Shown here: positions 28,890 through 37,888 of the stretch, piece by piece
Position numbering within the stretch: position 1 is the stretch's first letter
Layout of the letters: every line of letters begins with the position of its first letter
Source of the DNA: Candidatus Magasanikiibacteriota bacterium
GTDB lineage: Bacteria; Patescibacteriota; Patescibacteriia; Magasanikbacterales; UBA922
Length of the DNA: 64,000 bases
Direction of reading: 5' to 3'
Assembly: GCA_041674805.1 (NCBI GenBank)
Contig: JBAYVA010000002.1
Coordinates: 83,234-147,233 of the forward strand
The notes under the pieces: generated by a model
What the model was told of the DNA's origin: nothing
What the model saw: only the letters and a program-made list of their open reading frames with translations
Database searches by the model: none
Program-made: the position numbers and the translations under genes

Positions 28890-29883
28890 CTACTAATTTT
28901 TCATAACACTCTAGAGCATGTCCTACTATTTCTTTTTCTGATTTATCTTTTAGTACTTCTTGCATAGGACGCATGACCTGTCTTATGTAAGAAAGTTTTT
29001 CTTTTTCTCCTTCTTCAAAATAAGTTTCTGTTTCTTCTGATGAAATTATTCTATCAGCTGAAGATGTATCATCTTTATCTTCTAAAAGATTCTTTGTTCT
29101 GATTAGTTTAGAAATTTCTCCTGCTTTGTCAGCCTCTTCACGCTTGTTTTTGAACAAATCTTTTTCACTTACCATTTCTGGAGCAACTACAGTATAGCCA
29201 ACACTTATAGTTTGTTTGTTTCCATCAGGTCTTTCACTGTTTTGTTCAATATTGGTTACCATTCTGGCTAAAACATTTTTTACATCAGTAACTTTGTCTT
29301 GTGGCATTGTCAAAAACATACCATATTCATCTCCACTGAATCTGATCCCTACGTCTCCTTTGGCTAGTGAAAGAGTAGCTTCCAAATTTTTGGCAACTGT
29401 TTTAAGTAACTCGTCTCCTCTTTCGTGGGTGAATGAATCATTTATTTTTTTAAAATTATCCAAATCAAAAGTCACAAAGACAATAACATTGTTACTACCT
29501 TGTATTTCAGTCATTTTTCTTTTAAATTCCTGTTGGGCACCATATCGGCTAAATAACTCTGGAGTCAAATTTTCTTGACCTTCTTTTATGGTACTTTCTG
29601 TTAGTTTTTTTAATTCAGTTAAAGACGCTGTTAGAGCTTTGTCTTGAAATTCTGGAGAAATTTCTACAGTTTCACCCTTTTTAGATTTTCTTGTTTTTTC
29701 ACCAGCAATCAATCTTTTGTAGTTTTTGGCAAACCAGTTGCGTAATTCTTCTTGATTTTGTTTAGTAAGATCTTTTTCATCAATAGTGTTGAAGTAATTA
29801 TCTAAAGCTTCATTTATACCTTTATTTGTTATAGTTTCGTCACCAAACAATATCTCTCTAGATTGGGGTGTTGTTTCACTCAT
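28879..29883 (-). CDS. GGDEF-domain protein (diguanylate-cyclase fold) with a degenerate SGDEY active-site motif and an uncharacterised N-terminal domain
   Basis: The cyclase core reads IVFVTFDLDNFKKINDSFTHERGDELLKTVA...GDVGIRFSGDEYGMFL, where the canonical sequence is RxGGDEF. Confidence 0.7.
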   Translation of the reverse strand: MSETTPQSREILFGDETITNKGINEALDNYFNTIDEKDLTKQNQEELRNWFAKNYKRLIAGEKTRKSKKGETVEISPEFQDKALTASLTELKKLTESTIKEGQENLTPELFSRYGAQQEFKRKMTEIQGSNNVIVFVTFDLDNFKKINDSFTHERGDELLKTVAKNLEATLSLAKGDVGIRFSGDEYGMFLTMPQDKVTDVKNVLARMVTNIEQNSERPDGNKQTISVGYTVVAPEMVSEKDLFKNKREEADKAGEISKLIRTKNLLEDKDDTSSADRIISSEETETYFEEGEKEKLSYIRQVMRPMQEVLKDKSEKEIVGHALECYEKLVEKK

Positions 29884-29904
29884 ATAAGTATCTTTTAAAA
29901 AATA

Positions 29905-29940
29905 AAAATCCTGACTTATTATAGTCAGGATTTATTTTAT
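29905..29940. terminator. Intrinsic terminator hairpin
   Basis: AATCCTGACT-TATTATA-GTCAGGATT followed by a T-run. Confidence 0.6.
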
Positions 29941-29948
29941 ATGTTATT

Positions 29949-30287
29949 TTATTTTTTTGCAACTTTTTTTGTGATTTTCTTTTTAGTCGCAGGTTTTTTT
30001 GCTTTAGCTTTTGCTGGAACTACAGTTTTTTGGTCAATTTTCAATTTTGAAGCAAGTCTAGATAAGTAACGAGAAGCTGTATTTGCTTTCAAAACACCTT
30101 TTTTTACAGCTTTGTCTAGTGTTTTTTGAGCTAAGCGAATTTTTTCACTTACTTCTTTTTCACCAGATAAAACGGCTTTGCGAGCTGTTTTCAAAGCATC
30201 TTTGTAAGCTTTTTTGAAAACTTTGTTTTCTACTTCACGTTTTTTTGCTTGACGCAATGCTTTTTTAGCATTTTCTAGTATAGGCAT
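29949..30287 (-). CDS. rpsT: Ribosomal protein S20 with a Lys/Ala-rich C-terminal tail
   Basis: MPILENAKKALRQAKKR...NKVFKKAYKDALK core, followed by AKAKAKKPATKKKITKKVAKK. Confidence 0.75.
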   Translation of the reverse strand: MPILENAKKALRQAKKREVENKVFKKAYKDALKTARKAVLSGEKEVSEKIRLAQKTLDKAVKKGVLKANTASRYLSRLASKLKIDQKTVVPAKAKAKKPATKKKITKKVAKK

Positions 30288-30438
30288 AATTTTTTGTAAA
30301 TTTTTTTAGTTAAAATTATATTGTTTGATACATTTTTAGGGAGAACTTTCCTAAATATTGTTTGTATCATTGAGAGCGTGATTAGTATATGTTATTTGTC
30401 TGTTTTTGTCAAGAGTTAGCTCAAAAGTAGACTAACTA

Positions 30439-31917
30439 CTAAATAGTTTTACTGATATAATAGTCTACTGGTGCAAAGTCATCTGTTAAAACTGGCATAG
30501 ATTCTTCTATTTTGCCAATCCATAAGTGTGTTAGATATTTTTGAATTTCTTCATCAGTAGACTCTAGTTTTATTTTTTTGTCGGACTTTAGAGCTACTAG
30601 AATTATATTTTGAACTTCTTTGTCATTGTGTGAATTTCTTACAGGAAATAGATAGACTTGAGGAAAAACATTTTGGTAAGTAGCATATTCTGCACGTAGA
30701 AATTTACCTTGTTCGCCGTTTATAGAAGAAATGATATTCAAAATTACAATACCTTCATCATTTAAAATATTATATTTTTTTTGTACAGCTTCTTTGGTGG
30801 TCAATTGGTAAGGAATAGAAAAATGTGAACTAAAAGCATCTCCAAAAATAACATCGTATTTTTTGTTTGTTTTATTTAAATAAACGCGTCCATCTTCATG
30901 ATAAATTTTCAAATTTGGATTTTCTTTTAAATTGAAATATTGTTTGGCAAGTTCTGTGACTTGTGGATCTATTTCAACTACGTCTATTTTAGCTTCTGGA
31001 TATTTTGATAAAAAATCTTTTGGATAAGAGTAACCAGCACCTCCGAGCATTAGTGTTTCTTTGAAATCGGGCTTGAAGTGTCTTGCTAAGTGATAATACT
31101 TAGTATATTCATAAACTAGTTCCTCACTGTTTAAAAACATTGCGGAACTATGTTCATTGTTGATAGAGAGTGTCCGTTTATTTCCAGCTTGATTATCAGA
31201 AATCCAAACGCGGTTGTAAGAGGTATCTGTATCTAAGAAGAGTCTTTTTTGATTGTTGTTATTAGAAGTGAGAGACAAAGTAGACAGATTCAAAAATATA
31301 ATTATAAAAATTGTTAATTTTGTTTTTATTAAATTTTTTGATGAAAGTATAATAGAGATTATGATAAGAGATAAAGACAAAATCATTAATAATTTATTAG
31401 TACCAAAATGTGGAATCAAATAAAATCCTGAAAAAAATGTTCCAAAAATACTACCAGCTGTTGAAATAGCATATAAATTTCCTATGGTGACTCCAGAACT
31501 ATTTAAATTATTAAGTTTTAGTTTGGCTGCATAGGGAGAAACAATACCGAGTAACAGACTTGGAGGTAAAAACAGAATCAAAGAAGCAATTACGGCTGAA
31601 GTTTTGACATCTTTTATATTATTTTGTAAAAAAATTAAGAGAATATCTTTTTGAAAAATAGTTAGACCTATAAAAAGAGCTGCTAATAAAATAATTATGG
31701 ATAAAGTATTTATATTTGGTTTTTTGTCAGCTAGTTTGCCTCCAAGATAATAGCCAAGACTAAGACTTCCTAGTATGATGCCGATGAGACTTGTCCAAAC
31801 AAAAATTGAGGTACCAAAATATGGTCCTAATATTCTAGAGCCAACAAGTTCAAAAATCATAACAATTGCACCACATGCAAAGATAGCAATTTCCAAATTA
31901 TATTTAGTTAGTTTCAT
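30439..31917 (-). CDS. Fused multi-TM domain plus spermidine-synthase-like aminopropyltransferase
   Basis: The N-terminal half has about 7 TM helices. The C-terminal half has LMLGGAGYSYPKDF...IDVVEIDPQVTELAKQYF...VIFGDAFS, the spermidine synthase motifs. Confidence 0.7.
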   Translation of the reverse strand: MKLTKYNLEIAIFACGAIVMIFELVGSRILGPYFGTSIFVWTSLIGIILGSLSLGYYLGGKLADKKPNINTLSIIILLAALFIGLTIFQKDILLIFLQNNIKDVKTSAVIASLILFLPPSLLLGIVSPYAAKLKLNNLNSSGVTIGNLYAISTAGSIFGTFFSGFYLIPHFGTNKLLMILSLSLIIISIILSSKNLIKTKLTIFIIIFLNLSTLSLTSNNNNQKRLFLDTDTSYNRVWISDNQAGNKRTLSINNEHSSAMFLNSEELVYEYTKYYHLARHFKPDFKETLMLGGAGYSYPKDFLSKYPEAKIDVVEIDPQVTELAKQYFNLKENPNLKIYHEDGRVYLNKTNKKYDVIFGDAFSSHFSIPYQLTTKEAVQKKYNILNDEGIVILNIISSINGEQGKFLRAEYATYQNVFPQVYLFPVRNSHNDKEVQNIILVALKSDKKIKLESTDEEIQKYLTHLWIGKIEESMPVLTDDFAPVDYYISKTI

Positions 31918-32738
31918 TTTGGTTTAATTAGGTTTTTAATAACTTCAAATAAATCCAAGTATTTTTTAATTTCTCCTGTCCAATCATAGTTATTTTCAGG
32001 ATGGATTTGAAATTCAATATAAGTACAAGTACGAAAAACTAATGCTCGTAAAAGTAGTTGATCAAATTCTTTTATGTTTTTACCTAGATTAATTATTGAT
32101 ACATCTAAATTATCATTTGCTAACGCACTAATTAACATATCAGCAATGGGATAATTGGCTGGTCTAAAATATGGTGTCATATCAAGTATAGTAGGAGGAA
32201 GTGTATCAGAAAATAATATTTGACCAGGTCCCCAATCACCATGAACAAGTTGGTTAGGAAGATTATTTTCTTTTAGTAATTCAAAAATATTTTCAAGTTG
32301 TTTTTTTGCTGGTTCAAAATTTGGTAGTGGCAATTCTCCCCAAGCAATTTTGTCAGCAATAGCGAACACGTCTGTTTTTTTATCAAACCAGTCTGGTTTT
32401 TTGATATCTTTTAATTCATTGTGAAATATTTTACTGAGTTCAATAGCTTTTGTATAGTTATCTTTTTTATGTGCACCTTCCAAAAATTCACTAGCAGTCC
32501 AACCTTCAAAAACAAAACAATCATTATTGACTTTTTTATATTTTGGCACGCGGAATTCACTACTTTGGAGATTATTATTTATTTCTGCTAGCCAAGTTGT
32601 TTCGATTGGATTGTCTGTTGGTTTTAGTACAATATTCCCAACACGAAAGCATGTTCCTTGCCCACCATCAAGTAGTTCTGGTTTACCAGAAGTATTAAAA
32701 GCTTGTAGAATATCTTGGGTAGGAACTTTTTCTGGCAT
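31914..32738 (-). CDS. APH/CotS-like phosphotransferase (kinase-fold) protein
   Basis: LVHGDWGPGQILF, the Brenner HGD motif, plus a downstream D. Its start overlaps the downstream gene by 4 nt, an ATGA overlap. Confidence 0.5.
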   Translation of the reverse strand: MPEKVPTQDILQAFNTSGKPELLDGGQGTCFRVGNIVLKPTDNPIETTWLAEINNNLQSSEFRVPKYKKVNNDCFVFEGWTASEFLEGAHKKDNYTKAIELSKIFHNELKDIKKPDWFDKKTDVFAIADKIAWGELPLPNFEPAKKQLENIFELLKENNLPNQLVHGDWGPGQILFSDTLPPTILDMTPYFRPANYPIADMLISALANDNLDVSIINLGKNIKEFDQLLLRALVFRTCTYIEFQIHPENNYDWTGEIKKYLDLFEVIKNLIKPK

Positions 32739-32750
32739 ATTTTAAATTTG

Positions 32751-33683
32751 CTATGTTGTCCAATCTTTACTCTTAATCTTTATTTTTTTCCGTTCAGCTA
32801 ATTTTTTAATTAAAGTGAGTTTTGATATTAGTTCATCAAAATTTTTTGATTGTAACACGGACAATATTATGTCTTTTTTATTTACCTCTAATTCATCGGT
32901 GCCGACAAGATAGATTAATTCCATACATAAATCAAAAAGTATCACATTGTATTCATCAAGTTTTTTTAAACTTTCTGGTTCATCTTTTTGTAATTTTTCT
33001 CTTTCGGTCGGGTTTATTCTTATGTGGTCATATCCGCCGATTATTCCATTACTTGATAATCTAGCTAAAAGTTCTTCACGGTAGAGACTGAAACCTTTTG
33101 CAATGTGTTCATTTTTTTCATCGGTAAAAGTATGTCCATCAAGTTGTGCAAACAATCCTATCAAGTGATTTATTTCGTGAGGTATATTTTCTGATAGATA
33201 TGATTGATTAGTAGTATCTTTAATTATTATGAATGATACAGATTCCGAATCTCTTATTTTTGCAGTTTTTGCTTGGGTCCTCCCATTTTCATTTGGAAAT
33301 AAAATTTGGTAGGCAGTATCTGTCATTACGATAGTATAAATACCAGTACTTAATCTTTTTAATTGGTAACCATTTTCAGGGATTCTTTCTATAACATCTT
33401 GTGGAAATGCTTGTTTTAAAAAGTCTAAGGCCACTAGTTTTCCCTCAACAACACGTTTTTCATATTTTTCTTTATACTTTTCTGTACTTTGTAGATAGAT
33501 TCTTAACATTTTTTTTATATCTTCAGGAAATTCATCTACACTTTTTTCTTCAAAATTTGATCCACCAGACAATTGGTTTATAAAAGATATGTAGGCTTCT
33601 CCTACTTTTCTAGACAACCTTAAATATTCGTCCTCTTTAGAATAATCTCTATGTTCTGAATTAAATTTTATTTGTTCAGACAT
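32751..33683 (-). CDS. Hypothetical protein with an HExxH zinc-metallopeptidase-like motif
   Basis: IPHEINHLIGLFAQLDGH. 310 aa. Same operon orientation as its neighbours. Confidence 0.35.
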   Translation of the reverse strand: MSEQIKFNSEHRDYSKEDEYLRLSRKVGEAYISFINQLSGGSNFEEKSVDEFPEDIKKMLRIYLQSTEKYKEKYEKRVVEGKLVALDFLKQAFPQDVIERIPENGYQLKRLSTGIYTIVMTDTAYQILFPNENGRTQAKTAKIRDSESVSFIIIKDTTNQSYLSENIPHEINHLIGLFAQLDGHTFTDEKNEHIAKGFSLYREELLARLSSNGIIGGYDHIRINPTEREKLQKDEPESLKKLDEYNVILFDLCMELIYLVGTDELEVNKKDIILSVLQSKNFDELISKLTLIKKLAERKKIKIKSKDWTT

Positions 33684-33690
33684 ATTTATT

Positions 33691-34812
33691 TTACTCTATT
33701 TCCATTTTCGGCTTATCCAACAACTCTGGTTCAACACTTTTTTCTCCGCCAGTAATACGAACGACGTCTTTGTCTATTTTGCCAAGCTCTTTGTAAGCGG
33801 TGTTGTAATGATTGACTGTAGTAGTCATGCTAATACCAAGTTTTTTCATGAAGTCTTCATAAGCATTGAGATGTTTGCTAAGTTGCTCAACATTCTTGCG
33901 AATTTCTTTGGCGCCATCTTCTATCTTCATCGCGCGTAAACCTTGCAAAACAGTTTGCAAATAGGCTGCAAAAGTTGTTGGTGAAACGATGACAACTTTT
34001 TTTTCATTGAAAGCATAATCAATAAGATTTCTGGTATTTACTTTAACAGCTCCGACTTCGTTGACTAGCAAATCATAATAAATAGCTTCGGAAGGGATGA
34101 ACATGAAAGCGAATTCAAGCGTCCCCTCTTTTGTTTTGATATATTTACTTGTTTCATCAATTCTTTTTTTCAAATCATTTTTGAAATCTACTTCCAATTT
34201 TTTACGAACGTCTTCATTTTCTTCGTGCAAAAGTCTTTGATAATTATCTAGAGAAAATTTGGCGTCCACAGGGATAGTACCTTCTTTGGTGATGATAAGG
34301 GCGTCCACAATATCACCATCATCGAATTTGTGTTGAAATTCAAAAGAGCCAGGTGGCAACATGTTTTCCATGACAAGTTGCAAACCAGCTTCACCTAAGT
34401 TGCCACGTTGTTTTTGGTGCTTCAAAACTTTTTCCAAATTTGAAAGTTGTTCAGAAAAGCCAATAACTTGTTGATTGGTTTTGTCTAAACTTGTTAGTTT
34501 CTCTGTGATGTCGGCAATCATCTTATTGCTTTGGGTAGATATGCCTTGAATAATTTTGGCATTTTGTCCAAATTGATCTTGAATAGTTCTATTTATATTG
34601 AATTGAGTGTCATTCATGGACTTGTGTGTCTCAGACATTTTTTGATCTAGAGTTTTGTTTAGGTCTTGCATTTGTTGTTGCAAAAGCATAAACATGTTTT
34701 GTTCGCCTTCTTTTGGTTTTTTCAAATCTTGTACTTTTTGATAAAGAAAAAAAATGCCGGCAAGAGTGGCTAAGAGTAATAAAGTTAATATAATAAGAAT
34801 TGCGGTTTGCAT
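33691..34812 (-). CDS. rmuC: DNA recombination protein RmuC. The likely start is at MQTAILII..., 17 codons inside the track ORF 33691..34863.
   Basis: N-terminal TM, coiled-coil, and a C-terminal RmuC core (FAFMFIPSEAIYYDLL, VVIVSPTTFAAYLQTV). Confidence 0.75.
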   Translation of the reverse strand: MQTAILIILTLLLLATLAGIFFLYQKVQDLKKPKEGEQNMFMLLQQQMQDLNKTLDQKMSETHKSMNDTQFNINRTIQDQFGQNAKIIQGISTQSNKMIADITEKLTSLDKTNQQVIGFSEQLSNLEKVLKHQKQRGNLGEAGLQLVMENMLPPGSFEFQHKFDDGDIVDALIITKEGTIPVDAKFSLDNYQRLLHEENEDVRKKLEVDFKNDLKKRIDETSKYIKTKEGTLEFAFMFIPSEAIYYDLLVNEVGAVKVNTRNLIDYAFNEKKVVIVSPTTFAAYLQTVLQGLRAMKIEDGAKEIRKNVEQLSKHLNAYEDFMKKLGISMTTTVNHYNTAYKELGKIDKDVVRITGGEKSVEPELLDKPKMEIE

Positions 34813-35006
34813 AAATAAAGTATTATTGAGGTATATTATTTGCGAAGTAAATAGACAACACACAATAGTAAACAGATTTTGTTATATTCTATTTACTCTG
34901 GTCTTTTTACTATTTACAGCAGTTGTTTACTTGCTTTTACTAAAAAAAAAGGTTACAATGGCTAACGCAATTATACCAAAGATACCAATAATAACAGATA
35001 ACATAT

Positions 35007-35243
35007 TTAAAATAGTTTAACTATTGCTAAAGTAGCAATTAATGCCCAAAAAACGTTTAATACTGTTGTTGGATAATCTTTTTTTGTACTAGAGTAGTAA
35101 ACTAAAGCTAAGGCACCAGTAACATTCATCGATTGGTATAAAAAAGAATTAGAATTGGTAATTTCAAAACTGGTCAAAGCAAAAGCTACAAGGATTATAA
35201 TGGCACCGTACCATCCAATTAGGTTGTGTAAAAGTCTGTGCAT
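35007..35243 (-). CDS. Small two-TM membrane protein (78 aa)
   Basis: ORF with two hydrophobic helices. Similar in feel to the CBU_0592 small-membrane-protein family. Confidence 0.35.
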   Translation of the reverse strand: MHRLLHNLIGWYGAIIILVAFALTSFEITNSNSFLYQSMNVTGALALVYYSSTKKDYPTTVLNVFWALIATLAIVKLF

Positions 35244-35335
35244 AAGTTGATTTATTCACAGCTATTATAACATTTTTGTTTTTAATTGTATAGAATACTC
35301 TACTATTTTATAAAAAATATACACAGATTCTCATT

Positions 35336-35349
35336 TAGTTCAGTGGATA
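35336..35349 (+). repeat. 14-nt direct duplicate of the tRNA-Arg D-arm (TAGTTCAGTGGATA), 27 nt upstream of tRNA-Arg. Possible tRNA remnant or att-associated duplication.
   Basis: Exact match to positions 35376-35389 inside the tRNA. Confidence 0.5.
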
Positions 35350-35368
35350 CCTGCCCGCCCTTACTTAT

Positions 35369-35440
35369 GCCCCTGTAGTTCAGTGGATAGAACAAGACAC
35401 TCCTAACGTCTAGACACATGTTCGATTCATGTCAGGGGCA
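35369..35440 (+). tRNA. tRNA-Arg (anticodon CCT)
   Basis: Acceptor GCCCCTG/CAGGGGC, D-arm GTTC..GAAC, anticodon loop CTCCTAA, T-arm ACATGTTCGATTCATGT. Confidence 0.75.
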
Positions 35441-35982
35441 CAGGCAATGGCAGACGAGAAACAATACACTGCTAACGTTTAGGTATATATTGTGTTTATA
35501 TAGTTTATAATATGTATATTTGTATACATTTGTGTATACAAATATAAACAATTGTAACTATTTTTTTTAGTAAAACATAATGTTTGCAATAATATTGTAA
35601 ATGAAATTCTTCCACAGATGGCTGTGGATTATTTTTTTAATTTGGATTTCTCCTTTAGTTTTCATTTTTATCTTTCTTATAAAATAGATTAAGCTTTTTA
35701 TGTAAGCAAAGTGAATAAGTTTAAATTTTTTTTATTAGTCTGAATTAGCGATCCAACTGTTGCCTCTTTTCCGATTTCAGTGTAACTTCAGAGTAGCTTA
35801 TTATAAAATATAAAAAAATAGAAATTTGATCTATAAATTCATTAGGACTATCTATAATTTGTATAAAGATGCGAAAAAAATAAAACGAACTATTAGATGA
35901 ATCTTTTAAGAATTTTGAAAGTTTATATATAATATGTATATACAAATTATGGATGTATACAATATACTATACAAACGCAAAC

Positions 35983-36008
35983 AAAAAACGCCAGTAAAAG
36001 GCGTTTTT
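35983..36008. terminator. Terminator hairpin at the 3' end of the integrase gene
   Basis: AAACGCC-AGTAAAA-GGCGTTT with flanking A/T runs. Confidence 0.6.
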
Positions 36009-36043
36009 TGTTATGTTTCACGTGTAACATTATATATTTTGTT

Positions 36044-36889
36044 TCATGTTTCACATGAAACTTGATCCAAATGGCTGAAAATATTGAGTGTTTGTACAGG
36101 CTTACTTGTTTTGTATTTTTTGGTAGTACGAATATTTTTATGGCCAAGTATTTTTTGAAGTTGTTTTTCATCGATTCCCCTTTCAAGCATTTCTTTACTA
36201 AAGCTGTGTCGTAAAGATTGAAAAGTTATTTTTTTAGTTATTTTGGCACGTTTTAGGGCTTCTGTGAAAGCTTTTTCAACAGATCTGATACTTAGTTGTT
36301 TATTTTGTGGGTTTATAAAAACAAAATCATTCATTTTTTTGAAAGCGACAAATCTTTTCAATTCATTTTTTATTGTCTGAGGTAATATAGTTTCTCTATT
36401 TTCTTTAGTTGATTTGTTGTTTAGGGTAATAATGTTGTTTTCAAATTGTAAATTTTTGACTTTTATATCTATAATCTCACTTATTTTTAATCCTGAACCA
36501 TAAGATAATAAAAAAATGAGACAATGTTTTTGATTTTTGGTATTTTCTATTATTTTCTCAAATTGTTTTTTGTTCAAAGTATTTATCTTGTTTGTATTTG
36601 TTTTAAAAAAAATTATAGACACTGTTTGTTTTTTGAAATTTTTGTAATAAAATGACAAAATGTTTAAAATTAAATTTTTTGTTTGATTTGATTTTTTTTG
36701 TTGAGTTTTCAAAAATAGTTTTATTGATGTATTTTCGTCAGATATTTTTTTTTTATTTAAAAAAAATAAATATTTTTCTAAATAAAAAAGGTAGGATTTA
36801 ATAGTTGTTGGCTTATAGTTTTTTTGTAGTAAATCAGTTTTTATTTTTGATAAAATATTTTTTTCTGAAATTTTTTTTTGTTTTTTCAT
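36044..36889 (-). CDS. Tyrosine site-specific recombinase/integrase (XerC/D-like phage-integrase family)
   Basis: C-terminal catalytic region FQSLRHSFSKEMLERGIDEKQLQKILGHKNIRTTKKY, following the R...H-x-x-R...H...Y pattern. It is adjacent to a tRNA gene. Confidence 0.75.
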   Translation of the reverse strand: MKKQKKISEKNILSKIKTDLLQKNYKPTTIKSYLFYLEKYLFFLNKKKISDENTSIKLFLKTQQKKSNQTKNLILNILSFYYKNFKKQTVSIIFFKTNTNKINTLNKKQFEKIIENTKNQKHCLIFLLSYGSGLKISEIIDIKVKNLQFENNIITLNNKSTKENRETILPQTIKNELKRFVAFKKMNDFVFINPQNKQLSIRSVEKAFTEALKRAKITKKITFQSLRHSFSKEMLERGIDEKQLQKILGHKNIRTTKKYKTSKPVQTLNIFSHLDQVSCET

Positions 36890-37034
36890 ATAAATTTATT
36901 ATAACATAAGTTCGTATAATATACAATATATAGTTATTAACAATAACTATATTGCTATTTCTATAAGATATGGTACGAAAAGCTTTTGTGGTGTATAATA
37001 TTAGTACTTATGAAAAATTATATACAAAAGCGTT

Positions 37035-37862
37035 ATGCAAAAACAATTGAAATCTTTTGATGGTACTCAAATAAATTATGATATTGTAAGAGTGAAGAAT
37101 TCAGAAAAGTTTTTAATTTTTTTACACGGCGTCGGTAGTGATCTTACCTCTTGGCACAAAGAAACAGTACCTTTCCATAAAAAAGGCTATTCAACTTTGG
37201 TGTTAGACATGAGGGGGCATGGTAAGTCTGATAGACCAGAGACACCACAAGATTATGATTTGAACAATTTTGCCAAAGACGTTTTTCTTATTATTAAACA
37301 TGAGAATATTGAAAAATTTGTTTTTGTAGGGCATTGTTTTGGGGCAATGGTATCTATGATGTTCCATAAAATGTATCCCAAATTGGCAAAATCTTATATT
37401 TTAGTTGATTCTACTTACAAAGCACCAAGATCACTCAGGCTTATTTTTCATAAAAATTTGTTTTTTGTAAAATTACTTAATTATTTTTTGATTAGAAGTG
37501 TTGATAATAAGAAAATTTTTGGTCACAATAATTTTGATAAATACGTGGGAACAGGGGACTGGAACATACAAAGAATTTTTGCTGATATTACTCATACCAG
37601 TTTCAAATCTTGGATTTTTACTTATCAAAATGTCGCAAAGTTTGATGCTATAGACATAATGAAAAAAATAAAACAAAGAGTATTGATTGTAGAGGGTGGC
37701 AGAGATAGTGTAATAAGTGTTTTGCAGGCCAAAAAAATGCATAGTTTAATCCAAAATTCTGAATTGTCAATTGTACCTGAGGCTAATCATATTATTATTC
37801 TCAATAATCCAAAAGAACTTGAAGTGGAAATTTATAAATTTTTGAAATCATTGAATTTTTAG
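37035..37862 (+). CDS. Alpha/beta-fold hydrolase whose nucleophile elbow reads GHCFG (Cys in place of Ser)
   Basis: IFLHGVGSD...VFVGHCFGAMV...ANH. 275 aa. Confidence 0.6.
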   Translation: MQKQLKSFDGTQINYDIVRVKNSEKFLIFLHGVGSDLTSWHKETVPFHKKGYSTLVLDMRGHGKSDRPETPQDYDLNNFAKDVFLIIKHENIEKFVFVGHCFGAMVSMMFHKMYPKLAKSYILVDSTYKAPRSLRLIFHKNLFFVKLLNYFLIRSVDNKKIFGHNNFDKYVGTGDWNIQRIFADITHTSFKSWIFTYQNVAKFDAIDIMKKIKQRVLIVEGGRDSVISVLQAKKMHSLIQNSELSIVPEANHIIILNNPKELEVEIYKFLKSLNF

Positions 37863-37888
37863 ATTTATAATATTATATAAAATAGTTT

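Noticed and set aside
34754-35020. An 88-aa plus-strand ORF overlapping the rmuC start.
   Set aside because: It overlaps the RmuC N-terminus on the opposite strand, is hydrophobic low-complexity and has no RBS.
35745-36186. Two small minus-strand ORFs (66 and 79 aa) between tRNA-Arg and the integrase.
   Set aside because: They lie in extremely AT-rich palindromic DNA and overlap the integrase 3' end and terminator. There is no coding signal, so this is more likely att or regulatory DNA.
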